A stretch of DNA of 64,000 bases from Octopus sinensis (GCF_006345805.1 NC_043000.1:36952001-37016000), one strand, 5' to 3'. Numbered from the stretch's first letter, positions 26,473 to 41,297 are shown. The notes: generated by a model from the sequence alone, not told the origin. Numbers and translations: made by a program.

Positions 26473-26476
26473 CATT

Positions 26477-26523
<47 letters not shown>

Positions 26524-26524
<1 letters not shown>

Positions 26525-26893
26525 GACGCCCAGTGGTTAGGGCAGCGAACTCGCAGTCGTAGAATCACGGTTTTGATTCCCAACCCGGGCGTTGTGAGTA
26601 TTTATTGAGCGAAAACACCTAAGGCTCCACGAGGATTCAGGCAGGGGGGCGTGGAACCCTGTTGTACTCTTTCACCACAACTTTCTCTCACTCTTACTTC
26701 CTGTTTCTGTTGTACTTCTATTTCAAAGGGCCAGCCTTATCACACTCTGTGTCACGCTGAATCTCCCCAAAAATTACGTTAAGGGTACACGTGTCTGTGG
26801 AGTGCTCAGCCACTTGCACGTTAATTTCACAAGCAAGTTCTTCTGTTGATCGGATCAACTGGAACCCTCGTCATCGTAACCGACGGAGTGCCA
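26524..26893 (+). mobile_element. tRNA-derived SINE, family P
   Basis: Colinear with 9476-9852. Confidence 0.85.
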
Positions 26894-29324
26894 CGTATAA
26901 AGCTTTGTTGTTATACTGTTGAAAGAATATTTTATAAAAGAATATTTATCTGAAATAATATTTTTCAAATTCATGATATATACACACTGCTCCATCCATG
27001 AAATAATTCTTAATTCGTAATTTCGCGTCATACAACATGACAAATCCATACGGAGTTTTGTATATATCTGAATGTATATCTGTTGTTCCATTCATAGAAA
27101 TATGTATGTGAAATAACTAAAGTATAACTTTATGAATATAAAACATCTTATATTCATAATACATGGCCTAACATTCATACCTTCTCAATTATGTATGTTG
27201 TATTATTTTTAAAGAATTCGACGTTTATGAAATGTGTAAAAGTTTGAAAAGGTATTCCACATTCCAATGGTTTATGTTCAAATTTAGAATTCTCCCACAA
27301 TGAAAGAAAATATATAAGTTTTGATGAACAATATAATAATTCATACAATTTGTCGTATACATCTATATAAGACAGATCAGCTTTGAAGATGGATATATGA
27401 ACATAAGCCATCATTTAAACATCTCCATATAATCCAGTTTTAATTACGTATATTGGATTATAACTCGTTAATTAAAACTCTAGAAAATATTTAATCATTC
27501 CTTCTTGTAAAATATACTTTAATTAAAATATTTTTCACAAAATATCATTTTAACAATATATATATAAATACTTTAAAGTTCCTAGTTTAAAAACAATGAT
27601 TTAGATCCAGCACCGAAAGAAACATCATTATCGTGTGTATAGCAATTACAGGTTCAGTCTATTCGACCGGCTTACAGTTTCCTTCAACCGACTTTTATTC
27701 ACAAGTCTTGGACTGACATAAAGTAAAAGTCTATTGCTGTACAGGAAACACTCAGGGGCTGAAATCAGGACCTGATCATTGCCAAGTGAACTTCGTTACA
27801 ACAGATAAAATCTGTGTCCACACCCTCTTTACACACACACACACACACACACGTATGAGAGTACGTGCAACGCGGCACCTTTTGTACCCCACCTCCTTTT
27901 GGTACTGTACATTTTGTACTGTATTTGTGAGACTTTGTTGCAATTAATTGAATTGTCATTATTATTTTGTTCTCGTTGTTATAGTCACAATTACCAACAA
28001 ATGTTCCTGTCTACGAATGAACTGACTTTCAGAAGAATATGCACCGAAAGTACAGAGATTCACTTTGGTTCAGTGAATATTTAAACATTGACATGTCTCA
28101 TAACTATTATTTCTTGATTTTGACAACGTGCTGACAACAAACGTTTCTATGGCCTTGTACAGATGTTTGTACAAAAAAAAAGAGAAAAAATAAGGAACAT
28201 AAATGGAATCTACAGAATGTTCTTATCTTTGCGGCTGGCTTCAGACTATTCTAAAGCAACAAAAACCAATGTGACATATGTTGCTATACAAATAATCGAT
28301 ATTATAAACAGAACAGTGATCTTTGCAACAAGTTTGATCTGGAGATTTTTTGCAGCGTAAATTTAAATTGAAGTAACTTTCGATAAATTTTGGACAGTTT
28401 TGATGCTTCTCGTCCGTCAGTTGTGGTTGTTGTTTACTGTTATTGTTTAACTCTTAGACAACCTAAACGAGCAGACAAGAAAACGCATACTCAGTTAATA
28501 CAGTTCATTCTTTAATCTAAGAAAGACACAAAGCACTCTCGCCATATTTTGTCTTTCCCTCTGACTGCTCAAATCGATACCGTTAACCGCTAACTTCACC
28601 TTTCACAGACAATATCTAAAGAGAAAAATGGACAGAAGAATGTAATCCAGACTACTGGTGTCCCCGGGGGAAAAATTAGCGAATATTTATATACATATAT
28701 ATATTGATAAAGTTTCTGACATGCAAATTCTCCTCAAAGATACCAACATTGGAACGAATAATTTATATACTCAGATATATGTATAAGTATGTGTGTGTGT
28801 ATGTGTAGCAATCTGCATACCCTACATAATGTGCATATGCTTTAAGAGCGCCATGAAATTTCGATATTCTCAAGACAAACAACATTAAGTAAGATATAAA
28901 GATTGCTATTCGTTACTAATACTGCTTCTGTCGCTAGTAACTTATTTTGAGAATGTAATGTTCAATTGTAGATAGAATTATCAAAAGAGTACAAAATTCA
29001 ACGAGGCATAAATATTATCTACCGAATGCACAATGCTTGAGCTACTTCAGGTTTCCTGCTTCGACATTGGTGTGATCTGGCAGGCCTCTATAAGATACCA
29101 AGCACGATGCAGCAATCAGTTTTGATTTTAAATGTTTGTCCCTGTTTCAAATGGAATTCTGGGCCTTCCATTATTATGTTGGGACATGTTCCACGGTTCT
29201 GAGTCCGAATACATGCCAAATTGCGCAAGGTACGCTATTAAAGCCAGTCCAATATTTGCCTCATCCGAGCATGAAATTTTAAGTAGCTCACTCATAACTC
29301 CTGTTGATATATATATATATATAG

Positions 29325-29689
29325 GGAGAGTTTACGAAAAAAACAAAAGACGAAGACAGGTGGTGTACAAAACAAACAGATGTATTAGTATAACGCTCAG
29401 GAATAGAAAAAGTCTTTTACGTTTCGAGCCTACCCTCTTCTACACAAAGGGACACAGAAACGACAAGGAGAGAAAAAAAGGAAAGACAAAAAGGAGAGAA
29501 AATATGTGTATGTGTGTGTACCGAAAGCCTTTTTTTGTATTCGTTCTCTGTTTATTTCATCGTGTTCGTTTCTGTCGAAGAGCGTAGACTCGAAATGTAA
29601 AAGACATTCTGACGTTCCTGAGTGTTAAACTAATACACTTGTTTGTTGTTTATACACCTGTCTTCGTCTTTTGTTTTTCTGTGAATTCA

Positions 29690-29690
<1 letters not shown>
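29325..29690. mobile_element. inverted pair of Penelope-type pLTRs between (TA)n tracts; third partial arm at 29845-29935
   Basis: 29325-29445 is an inverted copy of 29565-29690; HHR-like tttCTGTCGAAgagcgtagactcGAAAtGTA at 29569-29600. Confidence 0.6.
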
Positions 29691-29788
<98 letters not shown>

Positions 29789-30999
29789 CATATATATACA
29801 TATATATATTTTTATATATATATATATATAAAGTTGAAATTTATAGAAAAAAAGGCTAAGACAGGTGTAAAAACAACAAACAGGTGTATTAATTTGACGC
29901 TCGGTAAAAATGAAAAAGTCTTTTACGTTTCGAGAAACGTTAGTGATGGAATAAATGCTAATACAATGTACTTACCTAATTAAAATGTTTTGTATTAACC
30001 AAATACATGTAACTACAAACAAGGTACAAATAGGGTGAACTTGGACATTTCTGAGAAGTATATTATTGTAGGTTCAGGGACCACTGCGTCATATATTTTG
30101 TAACGATCACTGTCTGCAAACTGGGTTTCACAGTGAGCAATTTCGTTTGCCCATAAGCATTTTCAGTGTTAGTCGAGCCGTGAGTGTCCCCACATAATAA
30201 ACCCAGAACATGATCTTCTTTAACCATCTATAATCTTTGAGGACTTGGTATTCATCTCACATTTCCTCCTTAAAAAGCACAATAACTGATACGTCGTATT
30301 TCAGATCTAGCTTTAAAGTAGATTAAGCTTCTACTTCGGATCTTGTAAAGGCTTGAGTATTCCGTAGTGGTGGGCACCTGTTTTCATTTGTTTTGACTCA
30401 TAATTTTTCCTTCCTTTTCTTTTCTTGAGTACTTTCATCCTCTTTTCTAGTTGTCCTCTCCAGCCCATTACCGCAACAGAGTGGATTAGTAATTCCACAG
30501 AAATCCTCTGGCCACTACTGCGTTTGGAGGAGAAGAGTAATGGCTTTTAGTGCCGGAGTATTGGAGTCGAGGCGATTTCGCTCCCTTTTCAAAGGGAATT
30601 ATTAAAGCTTTAGCAATCATTGGAGTTACACACTGTGCTGCTCTTCGAACGGGTGGAGCTGCAACCGTCATCTTCTTCTCCGGGGACATGTTCTTGCTGA
30701 TGTCGCTGCAGCAGTTCCCAGGCCTTGATTGGTTTTCTGAGTAGATGATTATCAATGGCCTTTATTACTACATCTGATAGGAGATGTTATAATTGAAGGG
30801 CTGAGCGTTTGGATAGAAACGGTTTCGACAGGTAATAATTTGGTCTGACTACTGGTCAGATGCACTTGAAAGCAATGCAATTTACTGAGAACTGTACCAA
30901 AACCGGTTGCAACAATGAGCGCCACCAAACAACAATGATTGACTCTGTTGAAGAGTTTGGATCGATCAATGGATTAGAGATGTGCAAAGTCAACTTTAT

Positions 31000-31480
31000 T
31001 ACCTAACCATGCATGAAATCTTCATAAAAAAATGTATCACATGGTTGGTGTAGCGAATCGCTTAGGTCTACACCTTAATCACACTCTCGGTGATAAACGC
31101 GGACTTGTTCGTGAGTGCCTTGGCCTAAGTCTTAGAATCTACGTTTACCAGAGTTAGGGATCATATCCCTTTCATTCTTTCTTCAACAGAATCATGATAC
31201 CCCGGATACGCTGAGAATCGTTGCTAATCACAAAACATCTATCCTGGAAAAGACTGGAAGCCGTTCTCCAATCAATAACTAACTAAAAGGCACCTTCTTC
31301 GCTGCCGATTAAACCGAGCAACACTAATTTACCAGCCAAGTCTAGGAAGGTCTGGGCTTCTAAGTGAAAGGGGACCCTTTGGTCTATAAGAAGAGCAGGG
31401 AATCATATTTTCTCGATGGGGAGTGATTCCTTAAAAATTCCGCCAAAATGTGTCCTCTCTGATTTAGAGCATTCCTACAT
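31000..31480 (+). mobile_element. decayed non-LTR RT C-terminal fragment (R2/R4-like)
   Basis: LIYQPSLGRSGLLSER resembles the LYLPRxxGGxGL motif; many stops. Confidence 0.35.
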
Positions 31481-32847
31481 TTTCTAAGAATTTTCTCTTT
31501 AAAACCCTATGTACTCTTTTCGTGTTCCCAACAGATGCTTGTGAAGTAGTGTACTACACAGACATCAAAATCCTCACTCTTTATATAATAGTGCATTTGT
31601 TGTATGAATTTCAACACCTTGTTGTTTCCATTTACGAGAGTAAAACTGATGCGGTGTGTGTGTGGAAGGGTCGTCTATGTTTAGCAGTGGTTGCAATATT
31701 CTAATATTTATCATTTTTGTTGTATGTGTGAACAGTCATGTATTTTTCGTGCGTGGTGTGCTTTCAGGTTTCGCTGTTGCTGTGGTGATCATGTTGGTAG
31801 TGGTGGGGAAGCTGTGTTGAGGTTGACGGACCCTTCATCGCTCCCTTGAAATGTTCGGCTTTTAATTGGGATGGATCTTTTTTCCTCGTTATTTTTTTCT
31901 GTTCACTTCGAAGATTACTTGCAACGAAGATTTATAGTTGTACTCGACGTACGAAGGAGTTTTGAAACTGGAGATATGTGAGGCAGAGAATGGTGGAAAT
32001 GTAAGTTTCACCTGTATAAACATTTGTGTTTTTTACTGTGAGAGAACAGGTAGGAAGGACTACCGAAAAGCTTCATCAGTTGTGATGGTTGGGTCTGCTG
32101 TCGCTCCTGAAGTTTTGGAATTTTCGCATGTTTTTGTTCTTGTTAGTATAGTTGCTGTTAGCAGCAGAATAAATCTCTTATTTGCAGTCAGCTCTTATTT
32201 GGCTGGCGGTGCCACAAACAGTTTCTAGGCCTTCTCTCTTCTACCACGTAAATAAGCAGTTTACTGTTTTCCCTCGTCTATCATGTTGGTTGGTAGAACC
32301 GCATATATAGGGTTTGGTTTCATCCCTCTTCAACCTCTCAGTTCACTTGGGTGTTAGTCTACATCATGATTATTTCAAGAATGCTTTCAAGCATTTCTTG
32401 ATACGTTTTATCAATAAATGGATCCCCATTCTCTACCAGTCTTCTTGGCGTAACTTACGAACTTACAACATATCTTCTTTCGCCAGCTACCAGGTGCTAG
32501 TTTCAGGAGGATTATCAACCACCATCCTGTTCCCAAATACTCAATCTACTAATGAAGAATTGAGAATCAACACTTGGCTTTTAATTGAGATGAATCAGTT
32601 GAAGAATCCAAATTTTACCAGTCTATATCCCATCCCATATTATCTGACGGAAGTAACCAACGGTTTTTGGTTCCATAATTCTTTCGGACACTTTTCTACT
32701 TGCAAATGCTTTACTCATTCCACGGGCAAAATTTTAAAGAGATGTTGATAGGCAACCACATCGCACCAGGAAGCGACAGCCGTTAGCATAACACCAACAC
32801 TGGTTTCAAATTTTGGCACAAGTCTAACAAGTTATTAGTAGTAAGAA

Positions 32848-33045
32848 GGTGGTGGGCTGGCAGAATCGTTAGCACACCGGGTGAAACACATTTCGTCTGT
32901 CCTTACGTTCTGAGTTCAAATTTCGGCGAGGTCGACTTTGCTTTTCATCCTTCCGGGGTCGATAAATTAAGTACCAGCCAAGTACTGAGGTCGATGTGAT
33001 CGAGTATCTCCTTTCAGGCCTTGTGCTTTTAGAAGAAAGGATTAT
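32848..33045 (+). mobile_element. SINE family M
   Basis: Full head (gggctggcagaatcgttagc) and core. Confidence 0.85.
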
Positions 33046-33049
33046 CAAT

Positions 33050-33240
33050 AATAATATTCTTTTCCACAGTAGGCCCAAGGCCTGAAATTGGGGGTGGAGG
33101 ATAGTTGATTCCATCGATCCCAGTATTCGATTAGTTCTGAGATGAAAGGTAAAGTCGACCTCAGTGCACTTGAACTCAGAACGTAAGGACGGACAAAATG
33201 TCGCTTAGCATTTTGCCCGGCGTGCTAACAATCCTGGCAT
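33050..33240 (-). mobile_element. SINE family M, inverted relative to the preceding copy
   Basis: Reverse complement of the core and head. Confidence 0.8.
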
Positions 33241-33487
33241 TCGCGAGTAAGACTGTTGCAAATTGTTTTAAGTATCTAAACAGAGGCGAGTAGACAAACA
33301 CTCTATGAGGCTATCGAGGATAGAACAGCTGTGCGTGAGGAGAGAAGACCGCACCAGCACTAGGCTCGTTATCAGCTAAGTAAATTGGAGCAACGTGAAA
33401 TGATGTGTCTTGTTCAAGAACAACAGGCCGCCTGGTTCAAGGATCGAAACTGGCATTAATTTTGTTAATATTGGTAAAATATCATTA

Positions 33488-33655
33488 AGGTGGCGATCTG
33501 AGTCATTAGCACACCGGTAGAAGGCTTAGCAGCATTTCGCCCGTCTTTATGTCCTAGGGTCAGATTTAGGATTCGATATGAGCACTGCAGTCAATGTAAT
33601 CGACAAGCCCCCTCGTCTGAAATTGCTGGCCTTGTGTCAAAGTTTGAAAGCAATA
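33488..33655 (+). mobile_element. SINE family M, deleted copy
   Basis: Head and tail (ctggccttgtgtcaaagtttgaa) present. Confidence 0.7.
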
Positions 33656-34944
33656 TTGATAAAATAGCTGTCTTTGAAATGAAGAAATAAAAATATCACA
33701 ACGGGATGAAGCAGTAACTCATTTAACCAGAATATTTCGAATCCATTTCTACATCAAATTCTCGATAATAGAAATCAGTGGAGAACTTATAGCTTTGTGT
33801 GAGTGTGTGTGTGTGCGTGTACCTATATGTGTTAATGTGTGTGCGTTAGTGTGTAGGTGTGTGTGTTAATGTGTGTCCATTTCAATCTAATGGTTCTTGT
33901 TTTAATGATTCTATCACATATTATAAAAGTCATTTGTTTTTCTTTTCTTTGACATTTTATTTTCCAAGAATTTCCTTCATGATCTGTTTTATGTGTCTCC
34001 AACGGCGAGCTATTCAGCGTTTCTCTCTTCTTTCTGTCTTCTTCTCTCAGCGAATGTGTGAGGAACTTTTTCCTTTCTTCTTCGCCAATAACGTCAAAAC
34101 GTTACCAACAGTTTTATGAGTAGCAATCAGTCTTTTAGGTTTCTCTATACAATATTACTAGGTTTTCCTTGAAAGATAATTCGCATTGCTGCCCTAGAGA
34201 ACGCTCAGATAGTTTTCTATTTGAATTCTAGTGCCATGATTTATCGTTTCATTATAAATTCTTTGTTTGCAATTCTCAGTGCTTCTTCTTCTTCTTCTGC
34301 CTAAAATAGAATCTGATAATTTTTTTTTTTCTTTTTCAAATGCTACAATTTGTTTCAAAGATTAATAGCAGAAATATCTATCGTTAGATGGAATAAAACT
34401 TTGATTCAAAACCTGCCCAGTTATAGGTTGCTAAAGTTTAAATCTACTGCCATCCATCGCTTGAAAGAATCTAAAATACAGAGGGTAAGATCTGGATTTC
34501 TTTTAATGTGAGGACACTCTGTGCTGTCTGTAGGTGGGGTTTGATAAGTTCAATTATCGTTGGAGGTGGATAGTCTAATAGTTCAAACTGAGTCTTGCTC
34601 AAGAAAACAATACACCTACCGGTGGGGGATCCCGGCTCAGGAGCTTACGATTGTGAGTGCAACATCCGAATTGCTAGGCCGGTTAAGATTAGGATTAGAA
34701 ATGGCTTTAATGTCTACGCTTCATTGTTATCAAATGATACGTTTATTGGGAGATTGATAAAAAAAATATGTTTGCAATTTCATTTACATCGGAATCTACT
34801 AAATCTTTCTCATTAACTGATATATGATATAATCCTGTTACGGCGTGAGTGTCCTTACTGTAGTAGTAGAGCCCTGACTCAGTAACAAGTATCACTGTAA
34901 CGCTGTACACCATCGAAACGCTGTGTAACATTTACTGTAATCTA

Positions 34945-35120
34945 AGCCAGCAAAATGCTTAGCACCACTTCGTCCGTTTTTACGTTCTGAATTCAAATCC
35001 TGCTGACTTTGCCTTTCATCCTTCCCGGGTCGATAAAATAAGTACCAGATGAACACTGGGGTTAATATAATCGACTTACGTCATTCCCTAAACTCGCTGG
35101 CCTTGGGTCAAAATCTGAGA
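34945..35120 (+). mobile_element. SINE family M
   Basis: Core gactttgcctttcatccttcccgggtcgataaaataagtaccag. Confidence 0.85.
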
Positions 35121-37014
35121 TTAATCTTTACAGTACTATCCACTTCTAAAAGCATTGCATTGGCAGAAAAGCCACTGACGACACACATGAAGTTATTCAA
35201 ATATTCTTTATATTCATATAAATAGAATGGTTTTTCTTACAAATTTGATGTACATAATTTGCATTGTATTTTGAAGGAGACATTTAAAACGAATAAAAAG
35301 TTCGGAAGATTTTGGATAATTTTGATTCTGAAATGAATTGAAAAGAAAATATTGAATTTAACTTTTAATTGGTAATTCACGATATGAATTTGGCAGTCGT
35401 TTCTGTCTGCGGTCACTAATGCATTTACCAGTAATATACACTAGAAGTGGATTCAATTTATTTAAGTTTCAATCAGTGGCGAAAGCAGCGTCGGTGATCC
35501 TTTACATGGCCTCCAAGATTGTTGGGTGGGGGGAGGAAAGAAGCTATCTCTAAACCAGAAACTTGGCTGGAATGTATGCAACAAAGTCGAATCTACAAAG
35601 TGCCAGGTGAAGGTGTTCAACCGGGCGACGGATTAAGGTTAGAGAAGACGGTATTTGAACTTACAACGCAAAGGGCCAGTACAAGCACAAGACATTCGGT
35701 CCGACGTTTTAATATGTCCACCAATCCACCGCTCTTGATTAGACCATTTTTTAACGAACCCGAAAAGATGAACGACAAAATTGTCTTCGGTATGATTTAA
35801 ACTTAGAGCGGTGTCAGGACAAATCTGACGCCCAAGCGACTCGACCAATTTCCCACCTTTTTCAAAAATTATATGGTTGGCTTTAACAAATCGCTATTAC
35901 CCATCCAGAAGGCATTCTTTACCTCTTTGTAGTATTTTTTAGATAGGTGCCTTTCTCGCCATTTCCACGTAATACTGCGGTAAGTATTAGTGAAGCTGCG
36001 AGGAATAACTTCCTTCTTGGCCACAAATCGATTCTGAGAGAAACTGATCGTATATTTAAGGGTTGGAGGTCAAATTTGGTGTCGCAAGTTGTTGAACTCA
36101 AATCGTCGGAATACATATTGCAAAGCCTTCTGTTTTACCCAACCCTCTAATCACCTTGCTAATTCGTCATCTTAAGTCAAATGGACAAAAGCAATGAGGA
36201 GCTGTTAAGTTGATCACTGGCATAGTACAGTATTGGTTCTGTGATACGAACTACTGACTAGATATACAGTCAACCGGCAGCTTACCTCCTAGTTAGCTGA
36301 GACTTTCTATCGATTGCAGAGTTTAAATTTAGACAAACTTGAAAAATTTGGCGAATAAAAATTACTGGACATTTCCTAAAGATTTCCAAAGAAAAAAAAA
36401 AACCGAATCCCGCCATCATGGTCTAAGATCACGTTTTTTTTTAATGCAGGCAGTAACATCGACATTTTGGTTATATTTATAAAATCACGTTTTTCTGCTT
36501 TGACATAAGCTCTGCTCTGTCGAAAGAATTTCAGACACTTCATGTAGAGAGTATTAAAAGAACAATTAAACTACAACTGATTATATCCAAGTACTTTAAT
36601 ATTGCAGAAGAATGAAAAGGAATTGTGGGTAAAGTCTATAAGCAGCTTTCTTATGCGAGTGATATATAGCTGCAGTCTTATTATAAAGGGAGATATTTCA
36701 GGAACAAACACTGGAATTACCAATATTCCGATATCGATTTATTCTTTAATGTTCGCAACAGTTCTTACTTGACCGATGTTAAATCGAACTACACTTCAAC
36801 GTCAGTAGAGTAGACAATACCTGCTGTATAACCTAATTCTAAACATAGAATCCAGTGCATACACAAACACACACACACACATCATACAGGTATGTACCAA
36901 ATCATAGATACATACATGAACATACTCTAATGTGGAATGAAATGTGTATCTATGCATTTATGCCGATCCAGAAAAAAACAAGAATGTGGTCGAAGCAGAA
37001 TATATGTATGCACG

Positions 37015-37058
<44 letters not shown>

Positions 37059-37103
37059 ATATATATATGAGTGTGTGTGTGTGTGTGAGTGTGTGCGTGC
37101 GTG

Positions 37104-37138
<35 letters not shown>

Positions 37139-37143
37139 ATATA

Positions 37144-37194
<51 letters not shown>

Positions 37195-37439
37195 GTATTA
37201 TATATGTATATTATATATATATATATTTTTATATATATATATATATATATAATATATATATATATGTGTGTGTGTGTGTATATATATATATGTGTGTGTG
37301 TGTGTATGTGTAATGTATGAACGCCCCACTACACACATACAAACATCTTTCATGTGCACATTTGTTACGTAGTCTGAGGCGGCACACTCAAATACATGTT
37401 TGTGTATGTAAGGGGTGCGTGTGTGCATTTTTCTCTTGT

Positions 37440-37790
37440 CGAATGCGGAGGCAGGGGGAAGAGCCCATGACACTTGCACTCGTTCGGAAACTAGGGAGAC
37501 CGATGACGTCTATGTTCTATTTAAACAGCTGGAGATCAACACCAGCTCTATCTGCGACGATTTCATCTCAATCGAAGGAGAGGGGCTTTCTCCGTCCGGG
37601 TTGCGGATCCGTGGAATAAGCTGCCGGACGAGATAGTGAAGATGCCGACGATCGCTCGGTTCAAAGTCTCCCTTGACCAGAAATGGCCTGAACTCTTTGC
37701 ATGAACACCACTCTGTACATAACTCCATGTCCCCCTACATGGCCTTGCTTTTTGCTTTTTGAGCCAAAAAATGAACTTGACTAACATGCA
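37440..37790 (+). mobile_element. CR1-type LINE 3' end
   Basis: FSVRVADPWNKLPDEIVKMPTIARFKVSLD followed by a short 3' UTR. Confidence 0.75.
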
Positions 37791-37794
37791 GGGA

Positions 37795-38220
37795 AGGCAT
37801 GAGTGGGAAAGAGATTCCAGATGGTCAATGTTCTATGGAAAATGGTCTGGAGACAAAGGTTAGCCTGAGGTCAGCCAGCACCAAAGAACAGATGGCATTA
37901 CAGTGATCCGAAATAACAGAGAGACGAGACAGAATGCCTGTGGGCAGAAAAAGGTGAGGGGTGGTGGTGGTGTGTGCCACAGATAGAATGTCATTTGGAT
38001 CCAGGAAGCCAGTAGGAATAGCAGCAGCACAATCTCAGATCTAGGGCCAGTATTCCATCGTGACATTATTTGAGCCTTGTCGGGTGTTAGCAGCTGTTAG
38101 TAGCAAATATAACCTCTGGCTCTAAAAAGGAAAGCTAATGTTTGGGAAATGACTCTAGCTATGTAAAGGATGTGTTTTCGCCAGAAGGGATCCTTGATGA
38201 TACAAAGCCTTCTTAATTGG
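37795..38220 (-). mobile_element. decayed CR1/L2-like LINE C-terminal fragment
   Basis: Frameshifted RLSVISDH...RTLTIWNLFPTHAFP resembles the RT..LWN.LP..FP tail. Confidence 0.45.
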
Positions 38221-39079
38221 AACGACTGAGGATTTTAGCAGAGTGCCACTCACAATTACAGGTGGTGTGATATGACACTGTTTTCTTGATATAAGTAGCG
38301 ATGCAAGTTTTTACAGCTAAAAACATATTTAGCATAAAAAACATAAAATGCATATATAGTCGGAGTCTATGTGAAATTTAAGCCCTTCGCTTTTACGTTA
38401 AATATGTAGCTCGTAAAGATCATTTTAAGCAATTATACATATTTACATGCAAGCCGTTTCCTCTTAAATTTGCTGTTAAGTAATAACGTGTTGGAGTTTA
38501 ACGATATCTTACTAATTGACCGCTTAATGATTGACAATATATTTTTTGATGCGTAAAACATGAATAACCTGCGTGGATACATACATATTTGTGTGCGTGT
38601 GTGTGTGTGTGTCCACGTGTATGTACATACTTTTGTGTATGTGCGCATACATATAGTTTATATACATATACATGAGCGCGATTACTCACGCAGATGTGTA
38701 CGAAGAAATGTGTATGAATTACGAATAGCAGAGAAAGTCTGCCACATTCCTTGATTCTTCATCCTTCCCAGCCCAGTGGTGACTGAGCTGAATGGCGAAT
38801 CTATCCATAGAATCTTATATTTTTCTCTACCATTCTCTGTGGCTTCCTTGTTTTCTAATTCTATGATTGCTTTCCTCTCTCTTTTTCTTTTTCTTCACAA
38901 TATCTGATTTATTCCCTCGGAATGACTTACATAAGTAATTCCATACTTTTTGTGTTTTGTGTCAGAAGCAGTGCGATGGATGCACGCCATTTGCGAGACT
39001 TGAACGAGATTTTTTTACTGGGCGATGCAAGAAAGGCTTCCGACCGTTGTTTTGCTGCCAAACAACAGGACATCGTTTA

Positions 39080-39360
39080 CCGGTCATCATCATCATCCAC
39101 TTCTGGACATTACTGTCTTGAGTCCTTGAATCCATTGACCGGTCATCCGGATTCGACGGCGTATAAAGAACTGAGATCCCAGCAACTCCTGTGCGTGACA
39201 CCAGTCCCTCGTAGGGTTACCTATTTACGGTTGAGTGAACTGGAGCGACGTAAAATGAAGTGCTTTGATCCAGAACACAACGCACCAACCTGTCTAAATA
39301 CTGAAACCAGGATCTTGTTTGCGATTGTCGGCGTAGCATCCTAACCATTAGACCATCCTT
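39080..39360 (-). mobile_element. tRNA-derived CORE-like SINE
   Basis: Minus head gatggtctaatggttagg..., then gcgttgtgttctggatcaaagcacttcattttacgtcgctccag. Confidence 0.65.
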
Positions 39361-39399
39361 TTTTACTTTTTACCACTTGCCGAATTCTAATTATGGTAA

Positions 39400-39600
39400 T
39401 CAAATTTTAGCACAAAGCTAGCAATTTCGGCGAAGAGGATAATTCGATTACATCGACCTCAGTGCTCAACTGGTCCTTGTTTTATCGACCCGAAAGGATA
39501 AAAAAACAAAGTCGAAGTCAGCGGAATTTGAACTCAGAACGTATAGCCAGAAGGAATGCCGCTAAGCATTTTGCCTAGCGTGCAACAGATTCTAGCGGCC
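39400..39600 (-). mobile_element. SINE family M
   Basis: Reverse complement of the core and head. Confidence 0.85.
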
Positions 39601-41219
39601 TTATTCAAATTATAAAAGCGTGCATCGTAAATGAATCGTAGTATTATATAATGTGTATTAATTAATTAATCTGTTCTAAATTGATTTCAGTGTAAAGTTG
39701 ATACCTTGTTTTATAATTATTATGGACCAACTAATTTTCTTGATGTTTCTGGAAATGTTTTAAAAGAGGATTCCTGTGATGCGGTGAATATCATTAAAAT
39801 TGTTAAACCTCTTGAAGAAGTTATGTTTATGGTAACACGTCAGAAGTTGAACTGACTGACTTCAATATAACATAAAATACAAAAATGAAGGGGAAAAAAC
39901 ACAAAAATAGACCCACAAACGACTTTGCAGCGTTCTAACTTGAAAAGTGCAAACATTTCAAAACCATTTCAACAGATTCTGTGAAGTGATTTCAAAATGT
40001 TCACTGTAAAAAAACAAAACAAAAACTGCCAATCCCCGCACTAAACTGCAAGAAGTAAAATAGTTTAAATTTGCCAAACAGCTTCATAGGAGAATATAAG
40101 AGGGGTGAGGGGGGAGAAAATGGAAAGACAATACGAAAAAGTGGGGGAAGTGTCATTTTCTTTTGATGAAAGATTTCGAAGCCAAAGCAGTTGACAGAAA
40201 CCAAAATATTAATTAGAATTATCTTCGAAGCGTCTGATTTAAAGCGAAATTGCACTGGGACTAGTTTCTAAAGAACGCGAAAACTTTGGTGCTGATAATT
40301 GTCTTGCTTCTTTCAACAATATGGATAACCTTAACTTGCTACAAAACAAAATCTTTCTCAAAGAATTTTCATTGAAGACACATTTACGGAAACCTTAAGA
40401 GATTAAGTTATCAAGCTTCACAGCTCAGCGAGTAATTTCTCGCGGAAGTTCCAAAATGAATGGTTCTCGCCATCTTTATTCGGTTATTGCTTTTGGTGGG
40501 TTTTTTTTAAAGATTTCTATTTGTTTGTTTGTTTTTCTTTATTCCTTCCCAGATACACCATGATGTGAAAATAGTAATAATTCCACTATAACACACTCCG
40601 TATTGTTGCTGAGTTTTCTCTGAAGTTTATACAGCACTTGAAACAACGTATCGATATATATTGTAATTGATAACATATTTCAAATGCTGGTTATTAGTTT
40701 TATTAGTTAGTTTTTAATATACATTCATTTTATCTAACTATCACAAACTTATGGACAACGAAGAGTGTGTCACCGATATGAAACAAACGAAAGGGCCTTC
40801 GCATCTTTATAACACGTAATATATTCAGCAATGAAATACCGTTCGGAAGACTATGTTTAAGCTACAACTTAGGAGAGTTTAATTCTACTCACAATCAGGT
40901 TATAGGCCAACGGATTGTATAAAAGAACTGCTTACATATGGTTGTGGTACATGTTCCTTATGTACCCTTATCGGACGGGTAGCAATGATGGATATGTTGC
41001 ACTTTGATGATATGCGCAGCTATCTCAATCAATTATAATGATAATAATAACAACAACAACAACAATAATAATAATAATAACCCTTTCTACTAAAGGCACA
41101 AGTCCTGAAATTTTGAGGGTGGGGACTAGTCGACCCCAAAGTTTCACTGGTAATTAATTTAAAGACCCCGAAAGGATGAAAAGCAAAGTCGAAATTTGAA
41201 CTCAGACATATTAATAATA

Positions 41220-41292
<73 letters not shown>

Positions 41293-41297
41293 AAGAA

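Noticed and set aside
35943-35979. Isolated exon-like segments (also 17520-17560, 18552-18591, 42941-43037)
   Set aside because: Splice-like signals exist but with no recognisable homology or consistent chain; expected by chance in 64 kb.
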